Made by a program: the position numbers and the translations under genes. Positions 53,765 through 64,000 of a stretch of 64,000 nt of DNA are shown piece after piece. The stretch's first letter is position 1. Each line of letters opens with the position of its first letter. The stretch covers positions 4,092,001 to 4,156,000 of the forward strand of contig NC_043017.1 in the NCBI RefSeq assembly GCF_006345805.1. The letters are read 5' to 3'. Below the pieces are notes generated by a model that was not told the DNA's origin, ran no database searches, and saw only the letters and a list, made by a program, of their open reading frames with translations. Origin of the DNA: Octopus sinensis (taxonomy: Eukaryota).

Positions 53765-55161
53765 ACATAGACATACTCATGTAGCACACAAATAAGAACT
53801 GACACTGACATTTACATCCCCACACATACAGAAGTTGTATACATGTACACACACCATATTTAATCCAGTTACATTTGTATCAGTGACAAATATTGTCTTA
53901 AAAATGTGTGTTAATTACACTCTTAAAATTTCATAGCTTATTGAATATTTCCCACAATATATTTATGTAGTAAAACCACCATACATATATATATAACTAG
54001 AGAAAGGACTTGTTTCTCACAGACATGGGCGATATAAAAGTTTGGATGTGAATATATTATCTTAGCAAATACTATATTGTCAAACATAATCCACGAAGGT
54101 AACGAATGTTAAAAACACTAGCCCAAAGTGCCGTGCAAAGGGATTGAACCGGGGACCATGTGTTTGGGAAGCAAACTTCTTACCACACAGCCACACCCAC
54201 ACATGTATTAGTAAACTGATGCATGTAAGCATCAGTCATAACAGTCAGGCATTGGCTCCCAATGCAGGATGACTGCGACCCTGACAACTGGTCGAACCCC
54301 ACGCCAGGATAGAAAGCACATATTAATCGCCTTACCCCTACCAGCGTCGCATTACTACCAGCGTCATCTTACTGACACTTGTGCCGGTGTGCAGGTGACA
54401 CGTAAAAAAAAACACAATTTTTCCGTGACCGTTGCCAGTACTGCCTGACTGGCCCTCGTGCCGGTGGTGCGTAAAAAGCACCCGCTACACTCTCGGAGTG
54501 GTTGGCGTTGGGAAAGGCATCCAGCTGTAGAAACCTAGCCAGATCAAGATTGGAGCCTGGTGCAGCCATCTGGTTCGCCAGCCCTCAGTCATTCGTCCAA
54601 CCCATGCTAGCATGGAAAGCGGACGTTAAACAATGATGACGATGATGATGAATCAACAATCGATTCAGATATGCATTAAAACCCATCAGACTGTCTTAAT
54701 TTAAACAAAAGAGCCTTGTCACTTTGTCAGCGGCTGGCTTGGACTCTACAAAGGAGAAAGCTTAGATATATCCTAAAGAAAACTATACACACACACACAC
54801 ACGTATCTGTACATACATATGTACATAGGTATGTATAGATGTAGTGTGTATGTATTTCTCTTTCTACACCCACACACGGCTATTGTCTACCTTCAAAACT
54901 GCTTAACTTGCCTGTCCTGTATTTTTTGTGTCATTAACAATTTTCATGTTGTTCCTACACTTCTTGAACTGCCACAGAAAACAATATTTTTATATGAATG
55001 TGTGTGTGTGCATATCTACTTATGTAAGTGTGTGCATGTGTGCATGTGTGTGTGTGTGTGCATATCCTCATGCATTTTCGGCCAAAACGAAGGAGCAAGC
55101 AGGTCGGTCCTTCCCAGCTTCGTCCAGCCCTGTCTGTCCTGTTATTCTCGCAATCACTCAC

Positions 55162-55250
55162 TACCAAATTTGGGCAGTACGTTGGAAGTCTGGAGACATA
55201 GGTGGCGTTTGGGTTGCTCGGCTAGTGGGGTAGGTGGGCATGCGGGTGGG
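55162..55250 (-). other. Candidate unannotated exon inside the giant intron
   Basis: Acceptor ccatcgctgcag, donor TA|gtgagt, GC-rich unique sequence. One frame reads PTRMPTYPTSRATQTPPMSPDFQRTAQIW; no homology recognised. Confidence 0.3.
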
Positions 55251-55503
55251 CTGCAGCGATGGAGGTGGTTGTGGTGGTGGTGGTACCAACAAGTGGACAG
55301 GTGATGGTTAAGGGAGGGAAGTGTGGGAATAATATATTACAGAAACCAGGCCACATTCACATATACACATGCACACACACATATATTCACATATCTGTGT
55401 GTGTGTGCATATATATATATGTATGTATGTATGTGTGTGTGTGTATATATATATAATGTACATACATACCGAGAGTTATGCACATACACACACGTATATA
55501 TAT

Positions 55504-55562
<59 letters not shown>

Positions 55563-55578
55563 TACATATACACACACG

Positions 55579-55612
<34 letters not shown>

Positions 55613-57386
55613 TAAAATAGTTGGGTGGGTGGTGTGTGTATGTGTGTGTGTGAAGGAACCTCCCTTGTCTCTCCAGTTTAGCACCCTGGAAAGATAGCCA
55701 CAAAACAGTGATTTTTTGAGTAAAAGCTCACAATGGGATAAAACTCCCACTACTACTACTACTACTACTACTACTCTCTCTCTCTCTCTCTTTCTTTTTT
55801 TTCTCTCTGGTATGACTCACAGATAGAAGCACTGAGGTCATGAGAATATTTTGGTCGGCAATAGTTGTGACACCGGTGACAGTGAGTTGGCAGAAATATC
55901 TTATGGTTATATAGTCTTTTCTATGATCTCCGTTCAAATCTAAGCAGGGTGTAAGGGAATGGGGTGGGGGAGCTCATGTCATCTTGGCCTTTTTTTTCAT
56001 ATTCTTCTCTGATCTAAGAAAAAGCTTTATCAGAGGCTGCAAAGCATCGCTTTCTCGCTAAGAATGATTTTCTGGGGATTTGGTTTCAGTGAGTATCAGG
56101 CTCCTTAGGCAAGTATCTTCTACCACAGCCTCAAAGTCTATCGATGGCTTGTGTGTGAAACATGGGATGACACCTTTGCACCACACCAGCAACAACCTTC
56201 CAACCTGTGGATCTTTTTTCGGGTAGTCGTTGCTAGTGAGGGTTTTATGAGGTCGCAGTGCAAACCCTACCTCAACCTCTTTAAGTGGCCATTTTTTTTT
56301 CTTTTTTATGACACACAGAGGAAACGGATCTATTTTTTTTGGAATGCTGGTTCCCACACAGTACTACGGCAATGTGAAATAAAATGTTTTACTCAAGAAC
56401 ACAACATGCTACACAGTCCACGAATCGAACCCAAGATCTGGTGGTTGTGAATGTGTCACCCTAACCACTAGACTACAGACTTGTGTCAAGGCTCATTTTG
56501 TGAGTGTATGTATGTGTGTGTGCATATGTGTATGCATGTGTGTGTGTGCAACAAAACCTCAATAAGCTAAATATCTTTAAATAAGTTTTACCCTAGCAGA
56601 ATTAGAACCCCTGTGAATGTGAAGAACTATCACACAATAGCAATGCACGATATATTATACGTTTCGAATTTTGGCACAAGGCCAGCAATTTCAGGAGAGA
56701 GGTAAATCAATGGCAGTGCTCATTTGGTACTTCTTTTATCAACCCTGAAAAGATGAAAGACGAAGTCTTTGAACTCAAAACATGAAGGCGGACAACAAAA
56801 TGTCGCAAAGCATTTTGCCCCACGTTGCGAATGATTCTGCCAGCTCTCCAACCTGATATATGATATAATATGAACAACAAAGCCACTATAAACCAAAACC
56901 CCTTTAACAAGTACGACCCCATGAGAATGAAGGACAACTTAGAATAATGAGTACGCATTTGGAAGAAGCCCCTATTCAAGAAAAATCCATGAACGGTAGT
57001 TTCTTCTTTCCTTTCCCTGCCTAGTTTCAGGGACCTGTAAAAAGATCATGTGCACACTAGATTTTCTCCGAGTGTGGTCGTTGCCGGTGCCACGGGACTG
57101 GCTCCTCCTGTGCAGGTGGCACGTAAGCCATAAAACAAAACTGAAATGCATAGAAAATTGTAAAATGACCCAATCCAGACAAAAGTTTACTGATTACAGA
57201 ACATTTGAGCTCATGACTAGGATTTGAAGGTTTGACCACAATTTAAAGTGAATTCCTTTAATCACACATTTGTGGTATCTCATGTGTGTCTAAGCATTTT
57301 TTTTTGATCAATAGTGGTTTTGAGAAGAGAATATTTCAAGTGCCCTGGGTGTGGTTTACAGAGGAAAATGCATCAACAACACAAAC

Positions 57387-57500
57387 CTGTCCATTGTTTT
57401 GGTTAAGTAAAGATTGTACATCATCGTCTACTATGTCGCAAATCTGGTAGAACATCTGACGAAATGGTGGTAGGATATGGGCTCGGAACTTATAAGTACT
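57387..57500 (-). CDS. GTF3C5: GTF3C5 coding exon
   Basis: Acceptor tttttccag, donor CAG|gtttgt, 114 nt (phase 0 to 0). Encodes STYKFRAHILPPFRQMFYQICDIVDDDVQSLLNQNNGQ, containing the LPP.RQMFYQ.CD motif. Confidence 0.95.
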
Positions 57501-57804
57501 CTGGAAAAACAAATGAATATATAGACAGACGGATAAATGGAAAGACACATGGATATATATAGACAAACAGGTGTAGTTTTGACAATGATTTTAAGAAACA
57601 GAGGCCATAGTAAAAAGACAATCGTTGTTATTAGTTGTGGTTCAGCAGCTTGCTTTGCAATCAAATAGCTTCAAGTTCAATCCCTAACTGGTTTCCAAGC
57701 AAAATAAAATTTCCCCAGAACCGGACATGGTTTTGCAGAAGATTGGGAAAGAATGATATTCATGTACAACATTGCATATCATCACACACACACACACACA
57801 AACA

Positions 57805-57842
<38 letters not shown>

Positions 57843-57945
57843 CAGTTGTTTGGATTCAGGGTTATTAGTGGAACAATTATTCTGAAAGCACCCTTCCTGG
57901 TGATCTGAAACTTGCAATAGATGGCATACTCTATTGTGATGAGAT

Positions 57946-57984
<39 letters not shown>

Positions 57985-58973
57985 ATATACATGCATGTAT
58001 ATATATATATATACACATATGTGTGTGTGTGTAATGGATCAATCAGAAGTCAACTCATCATTCACTTTATATGCAAACAAACCAACCCACCCACAAAACC
58101 AAACATAAACACAAATTATTCAAACATTGGAATATATCTAATGCTGAAAAGAAGAAGGGAAATCTCATGTTTCTGGCAGGAACAGGAGACTTCTGAGAAT
58201 CCTTTTCCAAAGAAAAATTTTTTTAATTTTTTATTTCAACTGGTTTTGAAGGATTATACAAACTAGGATTAGAGAGAGACAGAATGAGAGAGAGAGAGAG
58301 AGACAAAGGGTTAGGAGGGAGGGTAAGAGAGAAGGAAACAGTAAGAAGTATTAGTGGTAGGAGGTGGTGTCACTAGTCAGAGAGAGAGAGAGAAAATAAA
58401 AAGGAATGCAAGCAGGTTTCATAGGCTCTGATGGAGGAAGGGAGAGAGGAAGGTAGGATTAACTTAATAAAGAATATACACATACAAGCGGCAACCAGTA
58501 ACGGTGACACATGGGGGTCATGCACACATTTGCACATACAGACATGCACGCATTCCAACAGGTCATAAGCCTAGTTCTCTCATCTGACTCATACATATGT
58601 ATGTAAATAAACACATTATCAGGGAAAGAAGAGGAGGAGGATGGGGAGTGCGGGTGGGTGGGGGGGGACAAAATGAATTAATGTCTGACTGAGAAGTTTC
58701 TTACACCCTCTCTCTTTCTCTCTCTCTCCCCATTTATTTACCTCCATCTATCTACCTGTAATTTTCAGTCTGCCTTTCTACATCTATCTACCAAAGCATC
58801 TACCTATCTCTCTATCTCTCTATCCGTCTAGTTATCTATGTCTGTCTATCTATCTACCTATATGTCCCACCTATATACCTATCTATTTCTTACATTCTTT
58901 ATCCTATATCTATTTGTATTTATTGCTATCAATCTGTCTTATTTTTCATTACCAACCTGTTTTTCTATATCAG

Positions 58974-59019
<46 letters not shown>

Positions 59020-59948
59020 ACAAACACCATCCGATCGTGGCCGTGCCAGCCTCGCCTGGCCCCTGTGCCGGTGGCATATAAAAAACACCATCCGAGCGTG
59101 GCCGTTCGCCAGCCTCGTCTGGCACCTGTGCCGGTGGCACGTAAAAAGCACCCACTACACTCATGGAGTGGTTGGCGTTAGGAAGGGCATCCAGCTGTAG
59201 AAACACTGCCAGATCTGACTGGCCTGGTGCAGCCTTTGGGCTTCCCAGACCCCAGTTGAACCGTCCAACCCATGCTAGCATGGAAAGCGGACGTTAAACG
59301 ATGATGATGATGATGATGATATATATATATATATACACACACACACACCTGTCTCTATATACATGTCTGTCTATGTTGAAGCACACACATAAAGTTATAA
59401 GAAATAACATGTAAATATTGGATTGAAAATCCTTTAGGACAGAGAAAGTTAAAGGCTGCCTTCAGCTTGTGTTGTGTTCTTGAGCAAGACACTTTATTTC
59501 ATGTTGCTCCAGTTCACTCAGCTGTAGAAATGAGTTGCGACGTCACAGGTACCAAGCTGTATCGGCCCCTTTGCCTTTCCCTTGGATAACACTGGTGGCG
59601 TGGAGAGGGGAGGCCGGTAGGCATGGGCAACTGCTGGTCTTCCATAAACAACTTTGCCCAGACTTGTGCCTCAGAAGAGAACATTCTAGGTGCAATCTCA
59701 CATGGTCGTTCATGACCGAAGGTGGTCTTTACCCTTTATATATATATCTTATATATTTATATATATATATATATATATATAAACATCATATCATCTTCAT
59801 GTAAGGATCAAACAGAATTTGTAGATTTTCTATGGCCTGATGCCCTTTCTGCCTCTCCAATCTTCCGTTTTCATTCAAACTATCCAAACCATGCCAACAT
59901 AGCAAATGAGCGTCAAATAATGATGATGGTGATGATGATGATGATGAT

Positions 59949-59979
<31 letters not shown>

Positions 59980-61089
59980 AAGAGAAAGGAAGAGTGAGAG
60001 AGGTGGGAGAGCTACATGCATAGATGTGTATCCGTCAGACTGAGTGTCGACATCCATGCATCTGTCTGTCAAATATGCCTCTGTCATTGCACGTATCTAT
60101 TGGTCAGACTGACCCATTACATAAGTAAAATATTGTTACTGAAAACATACAATGTAAAGACTAAGAACAAGAAAATTACTAATTAGGCCAATTAGCTAAG
60201 AATGCTGGTGGGAAATTACTGGTCAAAGACCTGTGGAGACTTCCGTTCCCATCTGGATAGAAATGCCAATTAAAAGTTAGTCAGGTAACATTAACATTGA
60301 CTGTTGTGGTTGTTATATAGCCTTGAGCCAGTCGACCTCTGACAAAGGATGTTCCAGTCCAGGAACTACATTGTCCAGTTTGACAATCATTTGTGTGTCT
60401 GTTATTCTATCCTAAAATGTGCTCGTCTCTGATAAAACAGACATGACATAAAAGGGATGCTAGGATGTCTCTACAAAATTCCTGTCCATACCATATTAGA
60501 GATCCCAACACTCTCAAGCTGCCCCTCTAGGCTAGGACAGAGACAACCTACTTGTCCAGCAATTTTCACTGCCACTATCAACCTTCTGTTGTCAAACAGT
60601 GAAGGGGACAAACACATACTCACACATACACACATCATCATTGTTTAACGTCCGTTTTCCATGCTAGCATGGGTTGGACAGTTCGACCGGGGATCTGGGA
60701 AGCCAGAAGGCTGCACCAGGCTCCAGTCTGATCTGGCAGTGTTTCTACAGCTGGATGCCCTTCCTAACGCCAACCACTCCGTGAGTGTAGTGGGTGCTTT
60801 TTACGTGCCACCGGCACAGGTGCCAGGCGAGGCTGGCAACGGCCACGATTGGATTGGTGCACACGTATATGTATATGAACTTTAGATTAGTTAGAATATG
60901 TTTGTAACATTTTTCAACTTCTGAAGGCAAATTCAATGCAGTTATCATGGAGAAAAAACTATAGGATTCTCAGATTCAGTGTTTTTGGCACTTTAGCCTT
61001 CTTCAATGGGAAACACCAACAACGGGTTTTCGCCTGCCAAATTCACTCACAGAACTTTGGCCTTCCCAAGGCTTTAGTAGAAGACTCTT

Positions 61090-61460
61090 GCTTAACCATC
61101 TTACAAACAATAACTCTGAGCACCTTTTCAAACATCATCTGTCTAACACCCGTGGACATGTTTACAGAGTCAGAAAACAGCACAGCTCCCATGACTTTCG
61201 GAAACATTTTTTCAGGCTAAGAGTTGGAACAAACTGCCGGCATCAGTTGTTAGTTGTCGGAGCACAGGATCCTTCAAAACTTCCATGCTTCCTGAGATTT
61301 GCCAACACTACGCCTGATTTTCTCCCCTCCATACACACACTAGCATGTATCTGACTCATACATTGTTCACTTTCCAGGCATTTGTACATTACTGCATATG
61401 CTTTATATGCACTTTTGACAAGTTGTGGTGCAACTGAGCACTGTATACAATAATTTCATT
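61090..61460 (+). mobile_element. CR1-clade LINE ORF2 C-terminus and 3' UTR fragment
   Basis: HLFKHHLSNTRGHVYRVRKQHSSHDFRKHFFRLRV/WNKLPASVVSCRSTGSFK (with a frameshift) matches the TRGH...FF..RV...WN.LP...V pattern. Confidence 0.8.
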
Positions 61461-61785
61461 ATATTAAGGTGATGCATAGTAGGACTAAACGCTAGACCAT
61501 ATGGTAGAAGAGTGTGCTTCTTAACACCACTGGCATGCAGAAGTATTCTCTTGTTGCTATTTAGCCCAGATCATCCATCATACACCAGACCCATGGCCAA
61601 CACCTTTTATCAAAGGCTTGCTAGTTTAGGGCTGACATGAGGCTCACCAACAACAGTACCAACAACTGATGTAAATGTTTAAATTTGCAGACTTGCACAA
61701 CTAACACAAATAAAAAGTAAAATAAGATTTCAAAAAAAAAAAAAAAAAGAAAGAGAGAGAGTAGAGAAGTAAAATGGTGTCCAAC

Positions 61786-61955
61786 CTCTGCTTCTTCTTT
61801 TGTACGAGTTGTGGTTTCTCGTTGGTCTTTCCCTGGTAACAGTCCTGACCGGTTGATCGTAGCAACTTGACCCGTCTGTTTGGTGATTACTGTAGGTAAT
61901 TTATAACTGAAGGTGCTACGTTTTGCTTTGATGTCAAACCCAGCATTGCCACCAC
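61786..61955 (-). CDS. GTF3C5: GTF3C5 coding exon
   Basis: Acceptor ccccttatag, donor GAG|gttgga, 170 nt (phase 1 to 0). Encodes (R)GGNAGFDIKAKRSTFSYKLPTVITKQTGQVATINRSGLLPGKDQRETTTRTKEEAE; KAKRSTxxYxLP recalls vertebrate GTF3C5. Confidence 0.92.
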
Positions 61956-62804
61956 CTATAAGGGGACAGAGAGAAATTTTATACTGAAAAATAGTCAGTT
62001 TTTAGGTGGACATGTCCTAAGGACAATGATAAATGTGCTGAGAGTAAGTTTTACAAAAAGCGGTTGATGTTATTGTGGTGGTTGTTGAAGTGGTGGGTGT
62101 TGTTGGGGTTGTGGTTGTTGTTATGGTGATAGTTATTGTTGTGGTTGTTGTTGTTATTGCTATGGTTGTGGTTTGGCTGTTGTTGTCTTCTTCTTCTTCT
62201 TCCAATCAGGACACACGCCATAAACTACAATAAGGGCCAGACTTGAAAAAAATAAATAAATAAATAAATAAATAACAGGGTTCATTTGTTTGACCAAAGC
62301 CCTTCAGGGCAGTGCACCAGCATGGTCACACAGTTCAATGACCGAAACAAATTAAGATATAAAAGACACAGCCCTGATCAACCAAAGCCTCATCATCATC
62401 ATCGTTTAACGTCCGCTTTCCATGCTAGCATGGGTTGGACAGTTCGACTGGGGTCTGGGAAGCCAGGAGGCTGCACCAGGCTCCAGTCTGATCTGGCAGT
62501 GTTTCTACAGCTGGATGCCCTTCCTATCGCCAACCACTCCGAGAGTGTAGTGGGTGCTTTTTACATGCCACCGGCACAGAAAGTGAGTGAAATTTGGGAG
62601 AAGGAAATAACATGAAAGCACCCCGCTATATATATACATACATGTGTGTGTGTGTCAGTGTGTCTCTGTTTACATTCATGTCTTGTAACTTAGTAGCTCC
62701 ACAAATAGAGGCAATATGGTTGGACTAAACCCATGAAAGCTATGTCCCAGTATAGCTGCAACCCCAACACTGAAACCAAGAACTAAAAGAGAAACAATAC
62801 TTAC

Positions 62805-63012
62805 GCTGTCGAACTCTGAAGTCAACAATCTGATATTTCTTTGCTGCTGGGTCTTTGCGAGGATCGTAGCCAAACTTTACCCACAGACTGCGCCAAGGTC
62901 CTGTGATGAAGTAATAGGCAACCAGCGGGAGTACGTACTTCAAGGTGTCACGCCGACACTCAATAGCACCACAAATGCCGTTCCTTGACCAAATCGGTTT
63001 CTGATCGAACAA
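62805..63012 (-). CDS. GTF3C5: GTF3C5 (TFIIIC subunit 5 / tau95) coding exon, first of the five visible; upstream exons lie beyond the window
   Basis: Translates LFDQKPIWSRNGICGAIECRRDTLKYVLPLVAYYFITGPWRSLWVKFGYDPRKDPAAKKYQIVDFRVRQ, matching the tau95 motif RPIWSR...AYY.ITGPWRSLW..FGYDPRK.P..K.YQ..DFR. Acceptor ctggcag, donor C|gtaagt, 208 nt (phase 0 to 1). Confidence 0.96.
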
Positions 63013-63715
63013 CTGCCAGCAGATGGAAAAAAGGGCCACAATGAAAATCACACATAAAGAGGTGGGTGGGAAAAGAGGAGGAGGAGAAGGAAGAAGAAAT
63101 ACGTATGCAAACTCACACAGACAACTACACACATTCTCACATGCACAAGCACACTACCAATTATATGCATAGATGCACATACACACACATTCATACATAG
63201 GCGCAGGCATGACAGTGTGGTAAGAAGCTTGCTTCCCAACCACATGGCTCTAGGTTCAGTCCCAAGTGTCTTCTACTATAGCTTCAGGCCGACCGAAGTG
63301 GATTTAGTAGATGGAAACTGAAAGAAGCCTGTCCTATATGTATATACCCTATGTGTGTGCGTCTTTGTGTCTGTGTCTGCCCCACCCCATCACCACTTGA
63401 CAACCGGTGTTGGTGTATTTATGTCCCCGTAACTTGCTGGTTCAGCAAAAGAGACCAATAGAATAAGTACGAGGCTTAAAAAGTAAATCCTGAGGGTGAT
63501 TTGTTTGACTGAAACCCTTTGGGGCGATGCTCCAGCATGGCCACAGTCAGATGACTGAAACAAGTAAAAGAATATAAGAATATACACACACACTGCATTC
63601 TTTATGGGTTTCAGTCTTTCGGCAATAGCATGATGGTGCATCACCCACCGTCAAGAAACTTCTAGTTGATCATTTCAACCTCCGTACATATCTTAATAAT
63701 CTATATTTGGATTTT

Positions 63716-64000
63716 GGAAGCACTCCGTCGGTTACGACGACGAGGGTTCCGGTTGATCCAAATCAACGGAACAGCCTGCTCGTGAAATTAACGTGTAAGT
63801 GGCTGAGCACTCCACAGACACGTGTACCCTTAATGTAGTTCTCAGGGATATTCAGTGTGACACAGAGAGTGACAAGGCCAGCCCTTTGAAATACAGGTAC
63901 AACAGAAACAGGAAGTAAGAGTGAGAGAAAGTTGTGGTGAAAGAGTACAGCAGGGATCACTGCCGTCCCCTGCCAGAGCCTCGCGGAGCTTTTAGGTGTT
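63716..64000 (-). mobile_element. SINE family E (head gtggaggcgcaatggcccagtggttagggcag seen in other copies); related copies at 21040-21335(+), 28925-29216, 33790-33980, 39795-40128
   Basis: Near-identical block to 28925-29216. The tRNA-like head is visible on the minus strand at about 40060-40128. Confidence 0.8.

Noticed and set aside
55161-55241. BH3-only (BIM/BMF-like) gene, suggested by ATQTP and the downstream MRPIAADL
   Set aside because: The spacing does not fit L-x-x-I-[GA]-D, and the two segments cannot be joined in frame without a stop.
46480-55260. Known conserved miRNA hairpins in the unique intron islands
   Set aside because: No mature sequence I recognise and no stem long enough by eye; a MirGeneDB or small-RNA search would be needed to exclude novel ones.

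Overview
Eukaryotic, AT-rich DNA saturated with microsatellites and SINEs. The repeat style suggests an octopus or other coleoid cephalopod (inference, not verified). The only confidently identified gene is GTF3C5 (TFIIIC 63-kDa / tau-95 subunit) on the minus strand. Its last five coding exons are 63012-62805, 61955-61786, 57500-57387, 3616-3487 and 2448-2333; all have GT-AG sites and matching phases, and together they encode about 245 C-terminal residues. One intron is about 53.8 kb (3617-57386) and fills most of the window. It holds at least five SINE families, TTAA-specific (piggyBac-type), hAT and mariner MITEs, a Helentron-like element, and fragments of RTE and R4/Dong LINEs and of Tc1-type transposases; a CR1 fragment lies in an upstream intron. 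The most notable items: (1) an inverted, Penelope-like repeat pair carrying two intact-looking hammerhead ribozyme motifs on opposite strands, with a third unrelated minimal hammerhead about 0.8 kb away; (2) several unique-sequence, exon-like segments inside the giant intron that may form an unannotated transcript; (3) an RTE reverse-transcriptase remnant in the last intron that lies in frame with the terminal exon behind a plausible alternative acceptor. Repeat-family names come from motif recognition only, with no database search.
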